Assembly (NCBI GenBank): GCA_963729625.1
Contig: CAVSOU010000011.1
Span: 96,001 to 160,000 of the forward strand
Reading direction: 5' to 3'
DNA: 64,000 nt
Origin: an uncultured bacterium
GTDB lineage: Bacteria; Chloroflexota; UBA5177; JANWHV01
Below, in pieces: positions 38,392-47,509 of this stretch (within the stretch, counting starts at the first letter, position 1; each line of letters begins with the position of its first letter). Made by a program: the position numbers and the translations under genes. The notes beneath the pieces were generated by a model. That model did no database searches, was not told the origin of the DNA, and saw nothing but the letters and a program-made list of their open reading frames with translations.

Positions 38392-39393
38392 CTACAACCT
38401 GCCGGCGGCCTTCAGCACGTACAACGCGTCGACGGACACGAAAGGGTTTTGCTGCGTCCTGCCGCCCGGTCCCCAGTCTGCGAAGCTGCCACGGCTCGTT
38501 ATCATTGGCGAATGCGCGCAGGTCCTGATCTCCAGCGGGAAGCCCCCATCCGGCAACTGCTTTGCGGCAAGCAGGTCGAGGGCGGCACCACATCGCGGAT
38601 CGCCGAGCATGCCGCATTCCGCCATGACCGTGAGCGCGAAGAGGACGTCGTAGAACTGGATCGGGTACTGAATGGCGGTAATCTCCTTACCCCAGTCTGG
38701 GCGAATGAGGGCGCCGTCATGCACGCGATACAGGAGCCGTCTGCGCAAGAGATACTCTGCGGCCCGTTCCGCACAGGCCAAAGCCGGCGCATGTCCATAT
38801 GCACGGCCATAGTGCCGGAGTGCGCGCAGTGGGATGAGCGTCTCCTGCACCGAGGAGGTGCGCGCCTGCGGCCGCTTGTCACAGTTCCAGCCGCCATCGG
38901 GCCATTGCCAGACTACTAACCGCCGGGCGAGCTGGTGGATAGGCTCGTCGGCGAGTCCCAGCTTCATCGCGTACCAGAGCGCATTGCCCTCCTGGGACGC
39001 GCACCGACGCACTCGGTCCTCCTGGCCAGGAAGAACGAGGGTGCTGGGGAAACGCAGGTGCGTGGGCGCAAACAGCCAAGCCCATATCTGGTCCTGCAGG
39101 GGCACCAACCCGTCGTTGTCACTGTCCGGATAGGCGATGAGCGCCAGGCTGTACAGGGTCCAGTGCGGACCCTGCCACTTCTTGTAGGGATGCGTACGGA
39201 TGGTGCCGTCCTCCTGCCGGTGGCCGAGCAACCGGCGCGCCATCTCGCAGGTCCGGATTGACCCGCGCAACCGCACCATCGCTGGAGAGGCAGGCGGCTC
39301 GTCGAGGAGCAGATATCGCGCGCGGAAGGCCACAACTGGATTGGCGGATGCGCCCAGTTGCGATATCAGGCGTTCTATCGTCGCGCTGCGCAT
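38392..39393 (-). CDS. Hypothetical alpha/alpha-barrel protein (prenyltransferase/squalene-cyclase repeat-like)
   Basis: QEDG, WQWPDGGWNCD, KQLPDGGFP QW-like repeats; YKKWQGPHW. Confidence 0.75.
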   Translation of the reverse strand: MRSATIERLISQLGASANPVVAFRARYLLLDEPPASPAMVRLRGSIRTCEMARRLLGHRQEDGTIRTHPYKKWQGPHWTLYSLALIAYPDSDNDGLVPLQDQIWAWLFAPTHLRFPSTLVLPGQEDRVRRCASQEGNALWYAMKLGLADEPIHQLARRLVVWQWPDGGWNCDKRPQARTSSVQETLIPLRALRHYGRAYGHAPALACAERAAEYLLRRRLLYRVHDGALIRPDWGKEITAIQYPIQFYDVLFALTVMAECGMLGDPRCGAALDLLAAKQLPDGGFPLEIRTCAHSPMITSRGSFADWGPGGRTQQNPFVSVDALYVLKAAGRL

Positions 39394-39518
39394 ACCGGTC
39401 CAGCTCTCACCCGGGGGTCACAGGGCTCTCGCCAGTCCTCCGATAGTGTCTTCACCGACTGTCTTCTTCGAGCGGACGCGTCAAGAAGACGGGCGCCGTG
39501 GATACGCATGGTGTCCCA

Positions 39519-40217
39519 TCAGGCGGCACCTTTCCGCACAAGATATACGCCCGTCGTCCCGCCTGCAGCGACCCTGGCGTCGGCGACGCGAAGGTGCGCG
39601 GCGGCAAAGAGCGGCGGTAGCCCGCGCTGGGCGATGAAGTGCCGGTAGTGCGCGAAGTGCTGGCGGCCGCCGATGATCAGCTCCAGGGCCAGGATGACGC
39701 CTTCGTAAATCCACCCGGTGGGGAATGCGTACGGGCCGGCGCGGAAGTCGGCGACGACGATCGCGCCGTCCTCGCGCACCACGCGCGCGCACTCGTCGAG
39801 CACGGCCCCGCGCAGCCTGGCCGGCAGCTCATGGAGGACCAGCACGACGTTGACCAGATCGAAGGTGCCGCTGGCGAAGCTGGTCTGCGCCGCGCTCTCC
39901 CGGCGGAGATCGGCATCTTGGCCTAGCTTCCTCCTGGCGAGTGCGAGCATGGCGGGCGACGTGTCCACGCCGGCGACCGGGCAGCCGGCCCGCTGGTAGA
40001 CGGCCAGTTGGGTGCCGGTGCCGCAGCCCATGTCTAGGACACGCAGCCCAGGTCGGGGCGGACACAGGGCATAGCCGATGGCTCTATTCCTTCCGGCGGC
40101 GGGTTCGACGAGCCAATCGTACCACCGGCCCACCTTCCTGTACGGGTCACGGTCCAGTGCGGCAGTCGGCTGAGATCCGGCAGGCACGGCCTCGGCGCGT
40201 CGGCGTGAGTGACTCAC
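39519..40217 (-). CDS. Class I SAM-dependent methyltransferase
   Basis: VLDMGCGTG, GVDTSPAML, FDLV..LVLHE, RVVREDG; GTG start at 40217 with GGGAG RBS inferred. Confidence 0.85.
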   Translation of the reverse strand: MSHSRRRAEAVPAGSQPTAALDRDPYRKVGRWYDWLVEPAAGRNRAIGYALCPPRPGLRVLDMGCGTGTQLAVYQRAGCPVAGVDTSPAMLALARRKLGQDADLRRESAAQTSFASGTFDLVNVVLVLHELPARLRGAVLDECARVVREDGAIVVADFRAGPYAFPTGWIYEGVILALELIIGGRQHFAHYRHFIAQRGLPPLFAAAHLRVADARVAAGGTTGVYLVRKGAA

Positions 40218-40902
40218 GGAATCTCTCCCGAATCGGGCGGCGTTACTGCGCACGCTCTCGGGTTGCTGGACGCTGGCTGGTTCAAGAGCGCCGCGTTCGC
40301 GCCTGACTCTAGGAGTACTGTAAGGCACCGGCCTCAACCGTGCAACAGAGTCGCCCGTGTCTACGGTGACTCGGCGACCGGTGCGAGCTGCTCAGCGCCT
40401 CTTAGCCGCCTGTCACAAAGCGGGGCTCCAATAATTGACCGTGCAGCTGACCCACGTGGGCAACCTGACAGGCCTGCGCCACGCTGCCCGAAAACGCCTG
40501 CCTGTCTCGAACAAATACCGCCGTTGGGACTGCATGGATATGCGGGAAATAGGTGCGCACCGTGGCGTCCGCGTTGCGCTACGCCAGGAACAAGCGTGCG
40601 TCTCCGCATGTCCGGGGCCCGGCTCAGAAGCCCCGCGATGCAACCTGTTTCTGCCCGAAACACACTACATCCATAAGGGAGTAAGCGCTCGGCTCTGGGC
40701 AGCGTCATCGGCGCCGATTTGGCAGCCGCCATCCACAAGCAGGTTGGTATGCTGGGCCGTGAGGACCCCGCATCAAGCACAGGATCCACCGACGTGCTAG
40801 GGTAGAGCTGGGCTGGCCCGGCTACGGGTATGGACCATCAACCCGGGGTGGGGTAGAGCCATCGTTCCCGCGGCAGGCAGAGTGTAAGAAGGGAAGACGG
40901 CG

Positions 40903-41350
40903 ATGTCTGATCATGACCCGTGACGAGCGGGAAGCGTTCTGGCAGCGCTGCATGACGGCGCGACCAGCACGAGAAGCCAGACCACGGGGGTCGTAGTGCG
41001 GTGGGAACAGAGCGATAGGCGGCAGCAGCGCCTACGCGTTACGACGGTAGGCCAGCGCTGCGGCTGGTCAGCCTGCGCGCATTGCGTTTCCCTACGCGTA
41101 CTGTCGGTGCAAGGCGTGGTCCTGACCATAGGTCGTGGATGCCACATTCACCGTTGCCCTCTTACCCTACGCCATGAAGGTGCTTATCAAACGCCGGACT
41201 GTAGGCAGCACGCGGGATCAAGGCGCGCTCGTCCGGAAGACGGGGACAGACACGCGAAGGCTGTTGAGGAAACAGATCGCTATCTGTCGCGGCAAACGAG
41301 TACGTGGATGCGGCACATGGCGTCACCGTGGCGCGCTGCGCCGTGAAGTC
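40903..41350 (+). pseudogene. Degraded pyridoxamine 5'-phosphate oxidase-family gene
   Basis: RBS plus MS..MTRDEREAF(L)AALH and later PYAY.SVQG fragments in shifting frames. Confidence 0.4.
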
Positions 41351-41498
41351 GGGATGATCGAGCGGGGAGGGGATGATGGCAGAGAACGGCCGGTGACGGT
41401 CAGGTCTTGGCGGGGTTCGTGGCAGCCATGGGCGCTTTCTATGTCCTCACAACCACCGCAAATGTGGCACGGGAATACGCACTGACCAACCATCGGAA

Positions 41499-41724
41499 GT
41501 GAAGCTAGCGACTGATCTGCGTTTATCCATGCTCGCTCACCTTCAGCGGCTCGGCATGGATACCACGGGGCGGGTACGGAGCATCGATCTGCAGGCACGG
41601 TTCTCCACGGACGTGACGACAATCAAGCTTGCCCGCACGAGGTCTGCTTCCCACGGTCATTCGCTATGGCCTCCAGGTGTTCGCGGATCGTCGTGCTCCT
41701 GTTCTTCCTGGCGTGGCAACTGAA
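41499..41724 (+). pseudogene. ABC exporter transmembrane-domain fragment
   Basis: DLRLSMLAHLQRLGMD...DLQARFSTDVTTI, then frameshifted LLFFLAWQL. Confidence 0.6.
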
Positions 41725-42306
41725 AGAGCAGAACGCTACTGGGCGCCTTGGGCAGACGACCCATTGCGGCGAGGAGATCGGCGCGGCAGCGACACTGGAC
41801 ATGGCATTCTGCGAGGTGGGGATGCGCTGATCGCGGCGCTCTCGTCGTGGTGCCACACTATGCGAAGCTGACGGCGGTCGCCGTGTGGATCTTTACTTTG
41901 GCATTGTCAACCCCTTGCAGCCTGCTCGCCTTGTGCCCGCTCCATGCGCGAGCCGACGAGCGCCCGCCAGCTACGGCAGCGTCTTCCGCGCAGGCCATGG
42001 CGCGGCCGCGCAAATATCGTGAAGCCGTTGATGCCGGCAGAACATCTGGTCAGCGGGAGCCGAGCACCTCGTCCAGGCAAGTCGAGAAGCAGGTATAGAT
42101 AGCCAGATTCAGGAGGCGATGTTCGCGTGCTTCAGGAAGGCTGTGAACGTCGGACAGGCTTGCCCGATTTCGCGTTGTAGGATGCTTCAGCGGGAGCGAA
42201 TCGAGGACCATCGCATGATTACGCGAGTCATCGCGATGGTGGCTTTTCACTGAGAAACGGAGTTTGCGCTTGCTCGCGCGAAGCGGCGCAGCAAAAGAGG
42301 TGCAGC

Positions 42307-43483
42307 ATGAAGGTGGTGATCGTGGCTGGCACCAGGCGCGTGGCTCATATTCCATGCGCGCTTTGATCGTGGCGAGCCCTGACGGGACGAGGTGCAGTTT
42401 ATCGGCCGCACCAGGCGTCCTCGGACGACTGGCGCTTATCTGGGTTCACAAGGCCTTCCGGTGTGGCCGTTGATGTGCGGCACCACGACCGTCAGGTGGA
42501 CCTTGCAGCGCGTGGACGCTGTGCTGGCCAATACGGCGGGACCCGACTTTGAGATGCAGCTTCCCGCCGTCAAGGCAGCGATCGCGGCCGGCGTCGATTA
42601 CGCCGACATCGCCGCGGACGGCCGTGCGACCGATGAGGTGCTTGCCCTCGACGGCGAGATGCGTGTCAAGCGTAGAACGGCGCTGATTGGAGTGGGAGCA
42701 GCCCACGGGTGACGGACCGCACCGATACAGGCTCTGCGGCCACTCGACGTGGTCAGGGAGATCCAATTCGGTACCTGTGGGGAAGCTTGGCTGGTGGCGT
42801 GATGCGGGCCCACGTCGGCTATGTCGCTACTCCGGCAGCATAACTTCTGGCAGATGCGTGATGGCGTTTGTGCGGGGTCCGGTGCGGATCTATCGCGACG
42901 GGCAGCCCCAGACGGTCGACCCATTCACCCATGGAGTGACGGTTACCTGGCCGACCGGTGAGTCCTGTCGCCATCCGGTGGACAGTCGCCGAGACCCGAC
43001 GCTGCCGTTGCATCTTCCCGGAGCGCTGTCGTTCACCAGCCTGGTGTCGTTGTGGCCCCGCGGCTCAATGAGTTGTGGAGGGAGCAGAGCAGTCACATGC
43101 TGGTTGGGATCATGGGCCCGGCAGAAGCGGCACAGGCACTGTACGAGGCTGTCGCAGCGCGGCCGGGGCACTGGCTGGCCAAGCAGGCCAGGAGCCGGAG
43201 CGCTCGTGGGGCGGATTGCTCGCGGCAAGTCGGCGGACGGCCCGCCCGCTATGCCTGATGGCCACGGCGATGGTTCTATTCGACGACAGAAAGTCTCCTC
43301 GCGGTGGCTACTCTGGCGATGGTGCGTGGTGAAGTGCGAGCCAGAGGGGTGGTGCCGCCGGAGGTCGCCTTCGAACCGTCAGATGCCCTGTTTGCTACGT
43401 TGGCGGGCTTCGCAGGGACAGACGCGTCGCAAGAACCCCTGTTTGACGAGTCGATTGTGTATGAGGACAGCGTGAGCGGGTGA
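42307..43483 (+). pseudogene. Saccharopine dehydrogenase-family pseudogene
   Basis: RBS plus MKVVIVAG; NTAGP...AAIAAGVDYADI..., ALIGVGAAHG; C-terminal RGVVPPEVAF; multiple frameshifts and stops. Confidence 0.7.
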
Positions 43484-43545
43484 GCGGGCGGAAAAGCGGC
43501 GTGCTGACCTGCCAGGGCGTGAGTCTCATTGGCGAGGAGGTCAGA

Positions 43546-43965
43546 ATGACTACGCGAAGTGCGCGGTTCGATGTGCATGCGCCACAGGTGGTGCCCTGGG
43601 CACCCATGCCGACAACGGCGGACGGAGACGCGAGACGGAACGCGGCGGCGACACACGCGGGGCCAGCCAAGCGACGCGCGGAAGCGGACACCGCGGCCCG
43701 CGCGAGACCACGCGGGGCGCTGGGCACGGACACAACGTGGCTCTGCGGCACCGGCAGCTGGGAAGCAGGCGGCAACAGTGGACTGCATCTCGGTGGGAAG
43801 TCGGTAGCGCTCGTGGGGGCAGAGGAATGGACTCGGGCAAGCGGTCCTGATGGAAAGAGAAGACTATTAACATTGCGAACTGGGAGCCGCCTTCTATCTT
43901 GCTGTGGCGGCGTGTGCGGGCTACACTTCACGCGTCGACTACCAGCGAATGAGTCTTGGCGGTAG
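43546..43965 (+). CDS. Possible small hypothetical protein
   Basis: Strong GAGGAGG RBS before ATG 43546; low-complexity product with no motif. Confidence 0.25.
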   Translation: MTTRSARFDVHAPQVVPWAPMPTTADGDARRNAAATHAGPAKRRAEADTAARARPRGALGTDTTWLCGTGSWEAGGNSGLHLGGKSVALVGAEEWTRASGPDGKRRLLTLRTGSRLLSCCGGVCGLHFTRRLPANESWR

Positions 43966-44017
43966 GCGACCGAAGAGTAGCCCCGCGTGCCGCCGGCGAA
44001 TCGCTGGAGGGTAGCAG

Positions 44018-44506
44018 TTGAACGGGTGCATTGTGGCAGTTGGTCGCATCCGAGGCGTGACCCTCCTGTGCTTCGCGGCAGCATCGGTCGCCATCGGTCT
44101 GGCAGGCTGTGGCAGCAGCTCGACCAGCGGACCACGGACAACGGTCGCTCCCAGCGCGACTGCCGGTACCGTGAACCTCGCAGGCTGTGTTCCGGCGTCG
44201 ACGGATGGGAATGGCGGCCCCTACCCAGCCGCCACCTCAAGCGATTGCACGCGGCAGAAGACCGTGGAGATCGACGTCGTGAACGATCCAAAGACGATTG
44301 GCGGATTCTCGCCCAGTAACGTCCTGGTGTCTCGCGGGACCACGGTGACGTTCGTCTGGAAGTCTTCGGGCCACAATCTCAGCCCGTTCCATACCGATAT
44401 TGAAGACACAGGCTACGTGTTCCGCAAGACTTTCGATCGCGCCGGAGAGTACGACTACAATTGCCAGGTCCACCCGGGCCAGAACGGCGTGATATTCGTC
44501 CGGTAG
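44018..44506 (+). CDS. Cupredoxin (plastocyanin/amicyanin-like) lipoprotein
   Basis: Lipobox LAGC; FSPSNVLVSRGTTVTF, GHN, GEYDYNCQVHPGQNGVIFV. Confidence 0.85.
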   Translation: MNGCIVAVGRIRGVTLLCFAAASVAIGLAGCGSSSTSGPRTTVAPSATAGTVNLAGCVPASTDGNGGPYPAATSSDCTRQKTVEIDVVNDPKTIGGFSPSNVLVSRGTTVTFVWKSSGHNLSPFHTDIEDTGYVFRKTFDRAGEYDYNCQVHPGQNGVIFVR

Positions 44507-44707
44507 CGGCAAGCGATGCAGTATTGTATGCTAACGACAGGGGCAGCTCGATCGGTCCCCGGATTCGACGACGGTGCGTGAACTATGCTCGTTCATTAGA
44601 AGGCCGCGAGGAGAGACAGTGTCCGCGGTGTTGCCATCGGTGTGCGCGGACAAGCCACGGCGTGTTTTGACACCTGTGCCTGCCAGTGCGGGAGGTTATC
44701 CAATACT

Positions 44708-46138
44708 ATGACTCAGACATGCGCCCGCTGCGGCCTCTTCCATCCGCAGAATGTGCCGTGCGTCTCGCAGGCATTGGCACTGGTCGAACAACCCGATGAG
44801 CTGGTCGTCGATTCTCTCCTGGCCGGTCGCTACCGTATGCTGCGGACGCTGCATCACGGCGGCATGAGCGTCGTGTATCTGGCCGAAGATATTCTGCTTG
44901 GGAACCGCCACGTGGCTATCAAGGAGCTGCGGGTGCCGGCCTCTTCCGGGCCTGAGGAGCGGCGTGAAGCCGAGGCATGGTTTGCCCGCGAGGCATACAT
45001 TCTCAGCGCCTTGAATCATCCTCTCGTCCCGGAGTTCTACAGCTCGTTCCCGGAAGGCGGCACAAGCTATATCGTCCAGGAGTACGCCGACGGCGAGAAC
45101 TTGAATGACGTGGTGCGCGCGCGCGGACCGCTGCCCGAAGCCACCGTGCTGGAGTGGGCAATATCGCTCTGCGGACTCCTCAGCCACCTGCACGGGCTGG
45201 ACGAGCCGGTGCTGTTCCGTGATCTGAAGCCCGCGAACATCGTGCTTCGGAACGCTGCGTCGACGAATCCAGACCGGGCGTGCCCGCTCAAGGTCGTGGA
45301 CTTCGGCATCGCCAGGCACTATGAGCCGAAGACGGTTGGCACGGTCATAGGCACTCCGGGTTACGCACCCCCAGAGCAATACCAGGGCCTCGCCACACCG
45401 CAGAGCGACATCTACGCGCTGGGTGCGACGCTGCACAGGTTGCTCACCGGCTACGATCCCGAGCACGGCACCACATTCTGCTACCCGAGCATTCGCTCGC
45501 TGAATCCGTTGGTCTCAAGTGAGCTTGCCGATATCGTCGAGAGAGCTATCCGCCTGGACCCGGCCCAGCGCTATGCCACGGCCGGTGAGTTTGGCGATGC
45601 CCTGCTTGACCTTGCCTGGGACCGTGGCCAGATCGGCGTTTCCGACGTGGCATCGCCGGGCGGTCACTGGTACCACGGACCGTCGACCAGGTCGCGACAG
45701 GCGTTCCGTTGGACGGCCCTCGTAGTATGCCTGATGATGGTTGCGCCCGGCGTGTTCTCAGTGCTTGCCGGCATGAGCGTGAGCTCCCCGAGCGCGACGA
45801 TCGGCTTGGGAGACTACGCGTGTCCTCCAGCCTACTCTGATGGGGCCGGGGGTCCTTATCCTGCCCAGTCCCGATCGTCGTGCCTCGGTCAATCCCGGGT
45901 CTGGATTCAGGTCGTGCCGGACGCCAACCAAGGCGTCGGCTTCGCGCCGAGTAACGTCAGCGTCAGCGTGGGAACCACGGTAGAGTTTTGGAGCAGTAGT
46001 ATCGGCTGCAAGGTCGCATGGTCGCCGAATACGGTCGGCGTGCGGACTCTGTCCGGAATCCAGTTCACGCGCACGGGTGACTATATGTACTCCTGCCAGG
46101 AAATGCCAAACGTGTTTGGGGTTGTGCATGTCGAGTAG
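44708..46138 (+). CDS. Membrane Hanks-type Ser/Thr kinase with C-terminal cupredoxin-like ectodomain
   Basis: GGMSVVY, VAIKE, FRDLKPAN, DFGIA, GTPGYAPPEQ, SDIYALG; one TM; ectodomain similar to the upstream gene; GGGAGG RBS. Confidence 0.9.
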   Translation: MTQTCARCGLFHPQNVPCVSQALALVEQPDELVVDSLLAGRYRMLRTLHHGGMSVVYLAEDILLGNRHVAIKELRVPASSGPEERREAEAWFAREAYILSALNHPLVPEFYSSFPEGGTSYIVQEYADGENLNDVVRARGPLPEATVLEWAISLCGLLSHLHGLDEPVLFRDLKPANIVLRNAASTNPDRACPLKVVDFGIARHYEPKTVGTVIGTPGYAPPEQYQGLATPQSDIYALGATLHRLLTGYDPEHGTTFCYPSIRSLNPLVSSELADIVERAIRLDPAQRYATAGEFGDALLDLAWDRGQIGVSDVASPGGHWYHGPSTRSRQAFRWTALVVCLMMVAPGVFSVLAGMSVSSPSATIGLGDYACPPAYSDGAGGPYPAQSRSSCLGQSRVWIQVVPDANQGVGFAPSNVSVSVGTTVEFWSSSIGCKVAWSPNTVGVRTLSGIQFTRTGDYMYSCQEMPNVFGVVHVE

Positions 46139-46198
46139 GAGTCGGCACGGCAGGTTCTCCAGCAGTGCAGCTGATTTTCTGGGAGTGACGGCAACTGG

Positions 46199-47476
46199 GT
46201 GACTGAACCAAGGCGAGACGGCGACACCTCGGCGCCCGCACCGGCCGTGGACACGCTCCTCTCCAAGAGCGTGATAGTCGTGCCCACGTACTGGAGTCGG
46301 TCGCACGGATTTCGTCGCCCTGGAGACAGTACGGAGGATCATCCGACTCCCGCCAACGAGTCGGGCACTATGGCCCGCCTGCTTGCCAGTCTGCAGCGGC
46401 TGGCGGAGAAACCCAGTCTGGTTCTGATACTCATCTCTAGCTCCGCGCCGGACGTGGCAACCAGTGCGTCGTGGCAGGCAGACACTATTCGAGACAGATA
46501 CCCCGATCTCCCGATCGCGCTTTGGCTGCCGACGCATGTGCAGATTCTGCATGGCCGGCTCCGTTCGCTGGGTCACGACGCGTGGATCTCCTGGTTTGAT
46601 TCTCGCGGCTACCCGCTCATCCGGAATATGCAGCTTCTGGTGCCTTTCGTGCTTGGCATGGAGCTGGTCGTGGCGCTCGATGACGACGAGATCGTCGAGG
46701 ACCCCCATTTCTTGCGGCGTTCCGCCGAGGCAATCGCGTGGGGTGACGCCCGCGGCGAACGCGTGTTCGGTGCCGGCGGGCACTACCTCGATGATGCCGG
46801 CCGGCGTTGGCACGAGGTCGGGGAGTCGGAGAAGATGCAAACCAACCCGTTCGAGAAGAAGCCCCACCTCATGAACGGGATCCTCGAACGTATTGCCGCG
46901 ATGCCCGGAGAGATCGTGCCGAGCGCGTTCGCGCTCGGCGGAAACATGAGCTTCAGCCGTGAGCTCATGTGCCGGGTGGGGTTCGACCCTTCGATCGCGC
47001 GGGGAGAAGATATCGACTACGTGCTCAACGCAGCGCTCGCTGGCATTCCCTATCACTTTGACAAGGAGCGACCAATCCGGCACCTTCCGCCCCAAGGACG
47101 GTCCTACAAGGACTTCGATTATGCGAAGCTTCAGCAGGACGTGAGACGCTTCCTTTACGAGCGCGAGAAGCTACGCGCCGCGGCGGAGGCCGGTGGCTTT
47201 GCAGCAGTGCGGCCCGAGGATCTTGATCCATACCCGGGCGCCTTCTTGCATGACGACCTGGAGGTCGACGCGGTCGATTCGCTGACGCTGCACAGACCGA
47301 AGCTCTTCGACGTGAGCATCCAACAGCCCGACGTGTTCGTTCAGAACGCGCTGCACTTCGCGCGCGCCGCCGCCGAACGCTACATCACGTTTGCCCGAGC
47401 ATGGCCTCAGGCGATGGATCGGCTTGCCGACGATCGCGTGCTGCGGCACGTCATCCGGGGTATTCTTCCCGGGTAG
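46199..47476 (+). CDS. GT-A-fold glycosyltransferase-like protein
   Basis: VIVVPTYW, RN, VALDDDE DxD motif, GGNM, RGEDIDY. Confidence 0.65.
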   Translation: MTEPRRDGDTSAPAPAVDTLLSKSVIVVPTYWSRSHGFRRPGDSTEDHPTPANESGTMARLLASLQRLAEKPSLVLILISSSAPDVATSASWQADTIRDRYPDLPIALWLPTHVQILHGRLRSLGHDAWISWFDSRGYPLIRNMQLLVPFVLGMELVVALDDDEIVEDPHFLRRSAEAIAWGDARGERVFGAGGHYLDDAGRRWHEVGESEKMQTNPFEKKPHLMNGILERIAAMPGEIVPSAFALGGNMSFSRELMCRVGFDPSIARGEDIDYVLNAALAGIPYHFDKERPIRHLPPQGRSYKDFDYAKLQQDVRRFLYEREKLRAAAEAGGFAAVRPEDLDPYPGAFLHDDLEVDAVDSLTLHRPKLFDVSIQQPDVFVQNALHFARAAAERYITFARAWPQAMDRLADDRVLRHVIRGILPG

Positions 47477-47509
47477 TCTGTCCTGAAGGGCCTCAGCCCG
47501 GCGATCTTG

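Noticed and set aside
28346-39014. DGR template/variable repeat pair
   Set aside because: One pair is identical; the other has 3 mismatches that are mostly C/G and not adenine-specific; no reverse transcriptase present
45213-45240. Kinase catalytic loop FRD instead of HRD (possible pseudokinase)
   Set aside because: Catalytic Asp, Lys, Asn, VAIK and DFG are intact; F/Y-RD variants are common in bacterial Hanks kinases
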